A stretch of 64,000 nt of DNA from Mustelus asterias (taxonomy: Eukaryota), in assembly GCF_964213995.1 (NCBI RefSeq), contig NC_135816.1, positions 29,326,001 through 29,390,000 of the forward strand, given 5' to 3'. Shown here piece after piece: positions 36,473 to 48,772 of this stretch (positions are counted from its first letter, which is position 1; each line of letters opens with the position of its first letter). The notes beneath the pieces were generated by a model. That model did no database searches. It worked only from the letters and a program-made list of their open reading frames with translations, and was not told where the DNA came from. Position numbers and translations under genes: made by a program.

Positions 36473-36550
36473 AGCCAATGGCTGCCTACATCTGATGATG
36501 TACATATTTCCTACTTGCCATTAGCACACATGTTTGAAAGAATGGTACAG
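36473..36550 (+). CDS. ACSL6: ACSL6 alternative gate exon, Y-type (78 nt)
   Basis: ttacag| SQWLPTSDDVHISYLPLAHMFERMVQ |gtaaga; D-x4-Y-LPLAH gate motif. Confidence 0.96.
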
Positions 36551-36585
36551 GTAAGAATGGCCCATTGAGTCTATATGGGCAGCAA

Positions 36586-36760
36586 ACTAATGTCTGCCAC
36601 TCTTCTTCACATCTTCAAAAGTCTACACTAATTTGCTGTTCTGTCTTTCCTGCTTTTCAGTGAAGTCTTGGTGAAGAGCAGTGTAGGCATTTATTTATTA
36701 ACAAACTGTAACAGTAATATTGCAGCATTTGTTTATTAACAGACTAGAACAGTAACATAC
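36586..36760 (+). promoter_or_regulatory. Cluster of QKI-type motifs downstream of the Y gate exon
   Basis: ACTAAT at 36586-36591 and 36627-36632; TATTAAC twice within a 38-nt-period imperfect duplication (36687-36759). Confidence 0.4.
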
Positions 36761-37284
36761 TGTGGCCACTGATCACAGTACGTTTTTGTGCCTTCTAAGA
36801 TTCTTCAATTTCATTACCTTATAAATACATTGTTTGTGATTCTGTGATAGTCTATATCAATATTGTCATACACAGCTTAACAAATTGTTCAAAGTCAATG
36901 TAACATGATGCATTTTTTTTCTCAATTATCATGACTGAGTTCAGTTTAATGTGCCCACAAATCAGGATTGAAGGACAATGGTAATTCAGCACATGATCTG
37001 TCCAGAATGTCAACCCTTTAATTTTCCTATAACAACATCTAGATGTTTCTGAAGCTAATCCTGAGGCCGGCCCACTTCCGCACCCCCCCCCCCCCCCCCC
37101 CAACCCTCCAGCTACCATTTTAAACATGCTGATCCTCTTGTACAAAGAAAGACTTCCTGATATCAGTTCTGTATTTATTTATAATCTGGCAGATTTTGAA
37201 AGTAATATTTTGTTTGTCTCATGTACTTTGCATCCGTCTGTAAACATATGCCTAAGATTACCCATTCTTGAGGTTGATGGTGTC

Positions 37285-37760
37285 CATAGAACCATGGAAA
37301 AGTTACAGCACAGAAGGCCATTTGGCCCAATTTGTCCATGCTAGCCCGGGGTACCCTTTCTAATCCCACCTTTCTGTACCTTGTCCATAGACCTATAGTT
37401 TACAGCACTTGAGGTGCAGATCCAGGTACTTTTTAAAATTCTAATGAGGTTTTCCCATCCGGCATTTATCTCCATCATCATCCAAGTATCTCTGGCATTG
37501 GTTCCTCCATGGTTCCTCTTTATTGGAATGTACCCAGGCCTGTACCTAAAACATCTTATTAAAGATCACCCATTGTTCCATTAGTTTTGCTGTCAATCTT
37601 TGGTTTAATTTTACCCTGGCTAGATCCCCCTCATCCCACTGAAATCAATACTCTAAAAAATTTAGAAATTTCACTTAAGATTGTTCCTTTTTCTTTACTA
37701 ATCTAAACCTTAGGATACAATGGACACTCTTGGTCAAATGTTCCCCCACAGACTGGCCAC
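37285..37760 (-). mobile_element. CR1-type LINE fragments (3' UTR and decayed ORF2)
   Basis: catagaaccatggaaaagttacagcacagaaggccatttggccc terminal motif, also found at about 47740. Confidence 0.6.
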
Positions 37761-37866
37761 TTGCAAACATTCTCTCTGCTCATGGCTAACCTGAGATGCT
37801 TTGAACAATTGGTATAACGGCATTATTGGGGCTGTTTTCATTAAATATGATTTCATTTTCTTTCAG

Positions 37867-38001
37867 TCTGTAGTTATATGCCATGGAGGCCGGATAGGTT
37901 TCTTCCAAGGTGACATTAGGCTCCTATCTGATGATATGAAGGCTCTTCATCCAACTATTTTTCCTGTTGTTCCAAGACTGCTAAATCGAATGTATGATAA
38001 G
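37867..38001 (+). CDS. ACSL6: ACSL6 exon 12 (135 nt)
   Basis: tttcag| SVVICHGGRIGFFQGDIRLLSDDMKALHPTIFPVVPRLLNRMYDK |gttagt. Confidence 0.96.
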
Positions 38002-39211
38002 GTTAGTTCTATTGTGTAGTAATGCACAATCTATAAATAACGTGTTACAAGGTAATAAGAATAGCTTGCATTTATATTGTGCCTGGAAAATCAAGAAATA
38101 TCAAAGAACTTCATAAAGAGGTGAATAAAATTAAAATAGATTTTAAAAGATGTGTAGGGGAATAGATGCCATGTGATTTGAGAGTATGAATTTGAGGTTG
38201 GGATAAAAGCACTATCTTTTATTGACCACTGGTGGGGAAGATGTAGAGAAGTCTAGAATTAGGACCTGAAGGATTTGGGCAGCCATAAGACTAGATGAGA
38301 TATGAGATAACAAAGGTAAAATGGGAAGAGAACACTGAGGAATTTGAATATAAGTATATATTTGATGCATGGAGATGGGGTTTTTGTAACTTAGTGCAGG
38401 TAAAATTATAGCCAAGGTGGCGTTGATGGAAGGAGAATGATGAGTGTGGGGCGCGCAACACCTTGCAGAAATTGGTTCTGTTTTCCCTTTGTGTGAAATC
38501 TTCGACCATGAGGTGCATCCCGAACACCTTTTAGGATTTATTAAGGCTCCAGTCGCTAATGTGCCTGGAATAGATGGAGATTGGCATCAATGGTGTTGTA
38601 AGACCAGTGGTTTCTATATTGCTAGTTACAATTCTTTACATCATTCACCTTCCATGAGCTTCTAATGCCTTTGTCCCTGCCATCTGTCCTTGATCAACCA
38701 GGCTTTTGTATCATCCTCCCAATCTTTTCATATGCCGTTTCCCATGAACGGTTCCACAACTCCCTCAAGACAGCCCATCTGCAGTCTTCAAACTAGCTTT
38801 CAGGAGCCTTGTTTGCATTTGCCTGTTTTATCAGTTGTTTATGCTTAGAAGCATTCATTGAGTATCCAGCCCAAATGTTTCTTATTAAAACATAAAATGT
38901 TACACTAATTTACTTTTGCAGTCCAGCAAGCATCTTGATTAGGCAAGGCAAGCTGATAAACCTAACACAGATTGGCTTCCCACACAAACCTTTGGTTAGT
39001 CAGAAGTCGACAATTTCTGGTGCTCAGAAGAGCGGGTTAAAATCAGAACCTTCTGCGGGAAAAAAGCAGGATTTTAGCAGGCTGGTCCCACTGGCAATTT
39101 TAACTGCACTTCTGCCCAGCTTCCACCAAATGAACAGCCTTAAAAATGCTCAAGTGAAAATTTTTATGATTGTGGTAGACTAAAGTACAATTTTTGTTCA
39201 ATTTAATTTAG

Positions 39212-39346
39212 ATATTTAGCCAAGCAGGTACACCAGTAAAACGCTGGCTACTGGAATTTGCTGCTAGAAGAAAAGCAATCGAAGTGCGGAATGGCATTAT
39301 AAGGAATGACAGCCTATGGGACAAACTCTTTTTCAAAAAAATACAG
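39212..39346 (+). CDS. ACSL6: ACSL6 exon 13 (135 nt)
   Basis: atttag| IFSQAGTPVKRWLLEFAARRKAIEVRNGIIRNDSLWDKLFFKKIQ |gtaaaa. Confidence 0.95.
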
Positions 39347-39489
39347 GTAAAAAAATTGCTCATTTTGAAACCATTAGGGACAAGGCTTAACACATCAGTA
39401 TTCCTGTCTGTAGAATTTTCTCCTGGAAAGCGCTTTGGAATACATTTTGGCTCCTAAAATGATGTGCTGAAAAATTAATTCTTGCAGTT

Positions 39490-40080
39490 TGAACATATTA
39501 ATTAGGAGGAGGAGGAGTCTGTTCAGCCCCTCTGAGCCTGTTCCGCCATTCAATGAAATCATAGCTGATCTGTTTATGGTCTCAACGCAACACTCCACCT
39601 ACCCCTGATAACCTTTGATTATCTACTTCTTCCCTCAATTTAAAACATATTCATTGATCCTGCCTCCACCACACTCTGGGAAGAGAGTTCCAAAGATTCA
39701 TGACCCTCACAGAAAAATTCATCTCGTATCTGTCTTAAATGGAAGATCTTGGCCGGAATTCTCCGGCCATTCAGGTCGGCGGATTCTCTGGTCTTGCCGA
39801 CAACGCCACCTCGTTCGCGGGTTTCCGGCCAAATTGGGGTGATGTCAATGGAAATTCGCATTGACGGTGGCGGGACCAGAAAATCCCGCCGCGAGCAAAC
39901 AACGCACCACCTCCCACCAGCAGGAAACATGCGACTGGGAGACCAGAGAATCTCTCCCCTTATTTTCCAACTGTGTCCCCTAGTTCTAGTCTCTCCCACA
40001 AGAGGTAACATTCTATCAGCCTTCACCCTGACAAATCCCCTCGGGATCTTGTACGTTTTACGATTACCTCTTAATTTGAA
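39490..40080 (-). mobile_element. CR1-type LINE 3' fragment with a nested MITE
   Basis: Minus strand TYKIPRGFVRVKADRMLPLVGETRTRGHS plus 3' UTR. Confidence 0.75.
39751..39958. mobile_element. PIF/Harbinger-type MITE (208 bp)
   Basis: TIRs ggccggaattctc / gagaatctctccc; 3-bp TSD CTT; CpG-rich; interrupts a LINE. Confidence 0.8.
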
Positions 40081-40874
40081 TTTTTTTTCATATAAAATAT
40101 AGGTCAGCATATTATTACAAAAAATTGTAAAGTCAATGGTTTATCTTTGATTCAAAAAATTATATTTTCGCCCATTAGAAATGATTTTTAATTACAGCAA
40201 GGAAATGGTGTACCCTCCTGCACACCAGTGAAATCTTCTTCAACAACTTCTGTGCTATCAATAATCACATCACACATGATAAAAGGAGATGAGAAATGGC
40301 ATTCAGTGGATAATGAAAGCCATTCAGCCTATACCAGGCTCACTTAATAAAACAAAGACTGGCTACAGTCATCGCCAAATTACCTTCTATTATGTCAAAG
40401 GACTGCAATATAAGAACTGATTTCAATGTTCTGTGCTAGTTCCCACTTTTAGTATAGTGTTTTAAGAGTTATTTTTATTTCCATTTTTCAGAGAGCAGTT
40501 CTACTGACATTAACAATGGGATTATTAGCTTGATGCTCCATGGGGAGTCTTGCAAATTGGTGTTTGGGCCACATGGGAGGGATCTAAGATGAGTAAAAAT
40601 AGAGCTAGCTAAAAATATAGCACCGTCAACCAATACTGGGTTTTTGTGGCTCAGCCACCTCCTCGCTGTTCTTTCAGGATTGAAAGGAATGCAAATCTTT
40701 AGTATTTTTAATTTCTGTTGAAAGCACTCCGATTAAGAGCATTTTTTGATTGCACTTTGAAACCCAGCTTAAGTAGCTGCCTCCAGCAGCATAAAGCGGT
40801 TGTGCAATTTATGCCTTGCTTTTGTTTTTGGCCAATTTGTATTCTGCTAATTTGGATATATTTTGTTTCTATAG

Positions 40875-40970
40875 GATAGCCTTGGGGGCAAGGTGAGAAT
40901 GATTGTAACGGGGGCTGCTCCTGCCTCTCCTGCTGTACTTGGCTTCCTAAGAGCAGCACTGGGTTGCCAG
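40875..40970 (+). CDS. ACSL6: ACSL6 exon 14 (96 nt)
   Basis: ctatag| DSLGGKVRMIVTGAAPASPAVLGFLRAALGCQ |gtatga. Confidence 0.96.
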
Positions 40971-41261
40971 GTATGAAAACTAGCACTTTTCATTACAACT
41001 TTTTAAGTTTTTCATAATGTTTTAAAATCCAAATAAGAGGTGTTTTTTTTTTTTACCTACTTTCCAAAAAAATTCCCAAATACCACCATATGTTCAGTCC
41101 TCTCTTCTGGTTGTACCTGATCTACTTGGGGATAGATTCTGTGGGGGATGGTTGAATATAAATGCCAGCGTAGGCAGATGTCTCATGATTCATAAAATCA
41201 ATTCAAAAGCAGGTATGGATGCACAACAGGACTGACTGTCATCTTAGCCTCAGAAGTTATA

Positions 41262-42975
41262 AAGAACACATGAAATAGGAGCAGGAGTAGACCATTGTGC
41301 CAGCTCTGCGATTCAATATGATTATGGTTGATCTTGGGCTCTGACTCCACTTCCCTGCTTGTTCCCCACATCCCTCGATTTCTGGGAATTCAAAAATCTG
41401 TCTATCTCCATCTTGAATTTATTCAATGATGGGGCAGAGAATTCCAAAGATATGCTGTGAAGTAAATTTCCTTCATCTCCATCCTAAATGATCGGCCCCT
41501 TAAACTGAAACTGTGCTCCCACGTTTTTTTGATTCCCTGACCAGCAGAAGCAATCTCTCAGCATCAACCCTTTATAATCTTGTACATTTCAATGAGATTG
41601 CTTCTCATTCTTCTAAACTCAAGACAAAATAAACCCATGTGCTCAGCCTTTCATCATCGGACAACCCCCTACATCCCAAGGGCCAATTAATGGACCTTCG
41701 CTATACCACCTCCATTGCAGGTATATCTTTTCTTTAAATGTGGAGATGAAAACTCCAGATGTGGTCTCAACAAGGCCCTGTACAATCCTAGCACCATGTC
41801 TTTATTCCTGTACTCCAGTCCCCTTGCAATAAAGTCCAACATTCCAATTGCCTTCCTAATTGCTTGCTGTCCCAACATATTAACTTTTTACATTCCTTGT
41901 ACGAGCACACCCAAGTCTCCTTGGGCATCAACATTTACAGGTTTTACACCCTTCAGAGAATACTCTGCTCTTCTATTTTTTGATCAAAGTGAATAACTTC
42001 ACACTTCCCTACACTATATAATCCATTTGTCATCATGTTGCCCTTAACCCATCCATATCTCTTTGCAGCCTCTGTGTTCTCTCCACAGCTTACCTTTCCA
42101 CCTAGCTTTGTATCATCAGCAAACTTAGATACATTACTCTGTTTCTTCTTCATCTAAGTCAACGGTCTCAACTCCGATCCGAAGCGGCCCGCTGCGGGCC
42201 GGATGTGGCCCGTGGGCCGTAGTTTGGAGACCCCTGATCTAAGTAATTAATATAGATTAGAACTAGCTGGGACCCCAACACACAGTATTAATGTAAGCCT
42301 ACTTGTGACACACATAAACTTTAAACTTACCTTTATCTTACCTTGTCAGTTCTCCCCTTGTACCTACGTAATTGGCTTTGCTTAAGTTTAAGATTCTTGT
42401 TTGTGTTCAGAGTATGTCGCTTTCAATTTTAACCTGGAATACGATGGTATTATAATCACTATTTCCCAATGGATCTTTTGCTGTGACATTAATTAACCTA
42501 CACTAGGTCTAAGATAGCTTCATCCCTCGTTAGCTCCAAAAATGTATTTGTCCAAGAAACTCTCAAAAGCATTTCACAAACTCATCTTTGAGACCACCCT
42601 TGCCAATTTGATTGTCCTGGCCTATATGAAGAAGTCCCACAATTATTATGTCGCCATTGTTACAAGCTTCAGTGATTTCATGTTTAACGTTTTGCCCAGT
42701 GATGACTCTGGGGCCTATAAATTCCTTGCACCAATGTTTTTTTGACTCTTTCTGTTCCTAATTTCCATCCATACTGATTCTACTTCATGATTTCAGAGGC
42801 CAGATCCCTTCTCTTGTCATGTTTGCTATCAGAACTCCCCCTCTTTCTTTGCCATTTCATTTGTTTTTCCGAAATATCGTGTATAACCCATCCATGTCTC
42901 TTTGCCGCCTCTGTGCTCTCTCCACAACTTGCCTTTCCACCCAGCTTTGTATCATCAGCAAACTTCGATACGTAA
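41262..42975 (-). mobile_element. Decayed CR1-type LINE fragments
   Basis: SKFADDTKLGGKV and FIARGLEYRNKDMVLGLYRALLRPHLE; 3' UTR at about 41262. Confidence 0.8.
42160..42236. mobile_element. hAT (Charlie-like) mini-element, 77 bp
   Basis: Perfect 8-bp TSD atctaagt (42152-42159 / 42237-42244); right end agtttggagacccctg; left end caacggtctcaact; repeated ggccc/gggcc subterminal motifs. Confidence 0.8.
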
Positions 42976-44268
42976 CTGTTTCTTTTTCATATTGAAACCT
43001 GTACCCTTCTTGGGCTGTTCCATGACTCACACATTTAAGTAGCTGTATCAGGATCCTATGACCCTGGGATGTAAGTAGTTTTCAGGTACAATGAATGGAT
43101 GGTATGCCATTCAAGGACGTCCACCTGAGATTCGTCAGTTCCCCAGAATCCAACACGTCTTGCCAAATTGAGCTTCCACAACTCTGTGGGACAGAACATT
43201 CCTAAGACTCACTACCCTCTGAGTGAAATTCTCCTCCATCTCAGTCTTATATGGCCTGCCCCTTATTCTGAGATGGTGTTTCCTGGTTTTAGACTCTTCA
43301 GCTAAGGAAAATTCACAATGTCTGTTTGTAAGTGGTTTCAAGGGTTTATATATTTTTTATTAATATTTGAAAAGGGATGATTGACATTTTTAGCTTGTGA
43401 TGAAATTACTTTTTCAACATGGGAGGAAGTTGTGAATCAATTGCTTTTATTTTACTTAAACAGACCACTATATACCACAGGGTTCATTGATGCCTATTGA
43501 CCCACTATACACTACTAAGAACCAAAGTGCCATAGCTAGGCATAGGGCGCATGAAGGACCATGAGTGGGTATAAGGGCAGAGCTGGGCGTGAGAGGCCAC
43601 AGCATGTGGATGAAAGGGCAGAGTTTGAGGTGGTTGATGAAGAGCCATGGGGATGGGTGGGAAAGGCAGAGCCTGGGGGCATGATGAGGACCTTTTGAAT
43701 GTACCTGTTGAAAGATCCCCTCACGCAGACTAGGTTCCTGACTGCTCTGAGGGGCAGTGAACTACAACTTTAAAAAACAATATCTAGCTCAGCTGCATGA
43801 AAATTGCGGAGGAGTAGGAAATGCCTATCTTGGCAATGGAGCCTGCAAGGCCGGGAGTGCTGGATATGGACTTTAGACAGAAACAAGCCCATATCCTTTT
43901 ACAGGCGAAGTTTACTGACAACTCAACAGGTTTGAAATTAATAACTGACCATAGCATCAACTGCCATTTGCAAAAGTGTTCCAAACATTTACCAAATTTT
44001 TTTGTCTCTTTCTCTCTCTCTCTCTCTCTCTCTGCTCTATCAATTCTCCATAAGGTCTCAAAAACTTCAATAAAATTGCTCTTTAATAAATTCCAGTGAA
44101 TGAAAAAACACTATATACAATCCCTCTTTGTTCTACTAAATTTATACTGCTCTCCTTCTAAGGCTAATATGTACTTTCAACAGTATGGTGCCCAGAACTG
44201 AGTCACTAACAGATGTGGTTGGTTTAACCACTGCTTTGAAATGGAAATATAACTTCACCCCTTGTATT

Positions 44269-45460
44269 TGTGATGAAATCGGTGGTCGAAGGAAGTTCCA
44301 AGTTTCTCTGCATGCTACGGATGGAGAATGGCCACACATGTGCAGTTTGTTGATTTTTCACATCTTCAGGCCATTACATGACCCTGCACAGTTTTTTTTT
44401 TTATTGCTTCAGATTGGGAACTGGCCCTATGCTGGCACAGAATGAAAAGAAAGATTGAAAGAGGTTGGGTGACCTGAAGAGAATGCCATTCCAGAGAAAG
44501 TGACAAATGGAGCAGGATACTGGGAGGGATGGACAGGGAGATGGTCCCAAACTATGGAGGGAGACAAAGTGGTCCCACAAGATGGTCGAAGTTAAGGGAC
44601 AATGACAGGAATCTGAATGGGGTCCTGTTGAGGAACAGAGCAGTTAGCTCGTAATTGAGAGAGAGCTGCAGTGAGCAAATTTGAAGCGAACTGGCTTGAG
44701 AGAAGCCAGAAGATCGGAGAGGACAGCTAAAGATTAGTGACCCCTTGCTGTAAGGGTAAAGGTCCCCTTTGGATCATTGGTGTTCTGCATTGCATAGCTG
44801 AATATATAAGTATGCCTGGAAGCTGAAGCTTGAATGTACGTTGAGATCTGGGGAAAGGAACATGGAGTTTGAAACCCTGAGGTGAATCCTTTTAAAAGTT
44901 TTTGAGTGGAACTGACATTTGAGAGTGAATTCCAAGGTGAGTTCTTGGGAGTGAGAAAATTGGAAGTCCTTCAGTGAGACTGGTTGGCTGGTGAGGTAAC
45001 CAGTGTCTTGGGCTATTGAGAAGTTCTTGGAATCTGTTTTGGTGGCATCCGTCACTCATTTTGGAGTGTGGTGTGTCCAATTATGGTCCATCTATTCATT
45101 TACATGTACTGCATATTTGCTGTGAATATCTCAAAATGAGCGATAAATTGTTTTATTTGGGGGAATTTGTATATATTTGTAAAGATTTAGTGGATGAAGG
45201 AGTAGTGTGATTTGATTCACTTACTGATATCTGTATTGAAACCTTTCCAACTTTTTGTCGAGTGCAAATCTAGCTCATTTTTCTTGTTTAATAAATATTT
45301 TATTCCTTTGTGTTTAAAAATACACTAGCAGATTCCTGTAAATGTCTTCAGTAATTGCCTTCCGTGGTTTGCTTAAAAAAAAATAAGGTTGAGAACTATC
45401 AAATGAGCTTTCACTCCGGGATCTGACTTTTGCAGTATAATATCAGCTGGGATTGTAACA
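44269..45460 (+). repeat. 5' LTR
   Basis: Starts tgtgat and ends agctgggattgtaaca; shares blocks such as tgcagtttgttgatttttcacatcttcaggc and attgcttcagattgggaactggcc with 48773-50005. Confidence 0.8.
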
Positions 45461-45974
45461 AAGTGGGGGCTCATCAGAGTTCGTAGTAAGGTGAGGTCTC
45501 TTGCAAGATTAAAAATTGTTGAAGTTCAGTGGAATCTGTGAATATGTGTATGTGGAGGTACTGTGCATAGGAATCTGATTTGCTGTGAAATATTTTATCA
45601 AAATAATTTTGACAGTTGCCAAGGCTTTTCTGAATGTAGAAGTTGCAACAGTAGATTATTTGAAGTTCTTGACTAAGGCTAAACTGTGAGTTAGCAGGTA
45701 AATCGCAGGATTTTGTTAGTATGACACGATTTAAAGTAATTGCCCATCAGGAGAGAAACCCTATGTTGGGGTGTCTCAGCTAGAGTTGGCTAAGAATCAG
45801 TTGCAAATGAAACAGCTTGAGCGAGTGACAGAGAGAGAATGTGGGTAAAACTTGAATTAGAAGCAGAAACAGCAAAATAAATGCAAGAACTTGAAATCCA
45901 GAGGTTGGCAAGTGAAGAAAGAGCATGAAAGAAATCAGATAACATGCCTTGGGGTAAAAGAAGAAATGATCGTT

Positions 45975-46735
45975 CAAATTTTGGAAGGTCGAATACAGAT
46001 AGGAAATTATACAGTAAATGGCAGGACCCTTAAGAGTATTGATAGGCAGAGGGATCTGGGTGTACAGGTACACAGGTCACAAAGTGGCAATGCAGGTGGA
46101 GAAGGTAGTCAAGAAGGCATATGGTATGCTGGCCTTCAACGGCGGGGGCATTGAGTTTAAAAACTGGCAAGTCATGTTGCAGCTTTATAGAACCTTAGTT
46201 GGGCTGCACTTGGAATATAGTGTTCAATTCTGGTCGCCGCACTACCAGAAGGATGTGGAGGCTGTGAAGAGGGTACAAAGAAAGATTTACCAGGATGTTA
46301 CCTGGTATGGGGGGGGGGGGGGGCATTAGCTATGAGGAGAGGTTGGAGAAACTTGGTTTGTTTTCACTGGAACGTTGGAGATTGAGGGGTGACCTGATTG
46401 AAATCTACAAGATTGAGGGGCATGGATAGAGTGGATAGTCAGAAGCTCTTTCCCAGGGTTGAAGAGTCCATTACTCGAGGGCATAGGTTTAGGGTGCGAG
46501 GGGCAAGGTTTAAAGGAGATGTATGAGGCAAGTTTTTTTTTTTACAGAGGGTGGTGGGTGCCTGGAACTCACTGCCGGGGGAGGCAGAGGAAGCAGATAC
46601 GATAGTGACTTTTAAGGGGCGTCTTGATAAATACATGAATAGGATGGGAATGGAGGGATATGGTCCCCGGAAGGGTAGGGGGTTTTAGTTCAGTTGGGCA
46701 GCATGGTTGGTGCAGGCTTGGAGGACCGAAGGTCC
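45975..46735 (+). mobile_element. CR1-type LINE 3' fragment nested in Gypsy gag
   Basis: KKAYGMLAF...LYRTLVGLHLEYSVQFWSPHYQKD plus 3' UTR. Confidence 0.88.
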
Positions 46736-48772
46736 TCTGACTAATTAGATTTAACCAAAAATCTTCTGTTAGTACGTAACTTAGCAGACTATAGCATTGA
46801 AAGAAATTTCACCTCATTTGAAAATGTAGCTGTGAAGTTGAATTAGTCAAAAGAAGCTTGGACCTTTAATGTTATGAAGTGGCCTGTCAGGTATAAAAGT
46901 ACATGTGTACACTAGTTTGTCAGAAGAGCAGTCTGCAAACTATGAAGTGTTAAAAGCATCAATATTTGATGTTCAGAACTGATCCCTGAAGCCCATCAGC
47001 TAAAGGTTAGGACCATAAGAGATAAATCTAATCAGACCTTCACAGAATTTGGGAGAAAAAAAGAAATGCTCTTGGATCACTGACGTTAGATAAAAATGTT
47101 GTAAAGGTGAGGGGAAATCATGATTATGGAAAAATTAGGAAATAACATTCCAGTAACCAGTAAGAATTGGATGAGTGTCAAGCAAAAAAACTCCAAGAAA
47201 TGGTGGTTTTAATGGATACCTAATGATAAATTACACAGGAAGTAGAGTGTGAGGAGATGGTCATAGGGAGGTTGAAAGGAAAATTGGAGAAATAGAAAAT
47301 CTGGTGATGAACGATAAAATAGTTCTAGAGAATAGACAGATGGGCGCAAATGTGAGAAAGGAGCTTGGCTAGAATCTAAAAGGATACAAAGAAAATGATG
47401 TGCTTCCATTGTGATAAGATGGGACATAACAAAGCTAATTATCGGAAATTAAACGGGAACCCATTTGCAGCAGTAGGAACTCTAGGGGAATTCTCAGAAA
47501 AGATTCTACCAGAAAAGGAAATGAGTTTTGCAGCCATAGCAGTGGTAAAAGGTGAAACGTGTTCCCTCAGAGCCTACTAGAAAAGAGGATATAGCTCAAG
47601 ATAGTCAAGAGAATTCTTCCTCAATTACTGCTAAAGAAAGTTTGGCTACGGGAGATTCTGCATATTTTATCTCTTGAGGAGAATTGTATCCTTACTACTC
47701 CAACAAAATAAGTAAGCAAATTAAAATTTTAAAATTATGGAACATAGAAAAATTACAGTGCGGAAAGAGACCATTCAGCCCATTGTTTCCACACCAGCCA
47801 AAAAAGAGCAAAAGAAACTAGCCACTTATTTTAAGCCAACTTTCCAGCACCTTGTTTGTAGCCTTGCAGGTTTCAACATTTTGGATGCAGACCCAGATAC
47901 CTTTTAAATTAATTGGCCCCAACCACCAATTTAGGCAGTGAATTCCAGATGCCCATCGCTCCTTGGGTGAAAGTTTTTCCTCATGTCCCTTTAATCCTTC
48001 CACCAATCATCTTAAATCGATGCTCCCTGATAATTGACCCATCCGCTAGGAGAAACAAGTCTTTCCTGTGAAAAGAGTAACGAGGTTCTTAAACCTCTAT
48101 GAAATCCAGAGAACATCTAAGAGGAAATATGTTATGAGGAGGAATCAATGTCTAGAGATACTGATAGTGCTTGCCAGTGTTGATGCACAAGCTACAGCAG
48201 TTAGAATCCAGGCAAGTGGACAGTTTTCAAGACACCATTCAAAACGTGCCCAGGAGTGGAATGATGTAGCTTGTGAATTAGTGAGAACCATAAAATTCCA
48301 GAGGTGGAAAGGATTGATGTTACTCAAAGGACTAAAAACCCATTGAAAATGGGATTGGGATTGATTGGGAGAAATCTGCATGATTGTAAAATGTTCAAAT
48401 TTAAAACCGAGCAGGAATATGAAACCCTATTGTGTGAATGTAAAAAAGCATCTCCACATTCCTTGAAATAGCTAAAATATATTTTGGTCAAAGGGAGAAT
48501 GAGTTGTTAATGCATAAATTTGCCATTTTCACCTGACGCAATAAGAATTTGCCACATTCTAGTTCAGAAATTGAGCTGGAGAATGGAATTACACCAACCA
48601 TGATGAGAATGCAATGATGTGTAAATTCTTCCTGCTGAGCTTTTCTTAAGTCTTTGTAGTTATGCAATATGATGTGTGTAGTTGGGAAATGAGATTGGGT
48701 TCTTGTATAAAGGCCATAATGCCATTGTAAAGAAATCTTCACTGGAATGGAACTTTTTCTTTAAGGGGAGGG

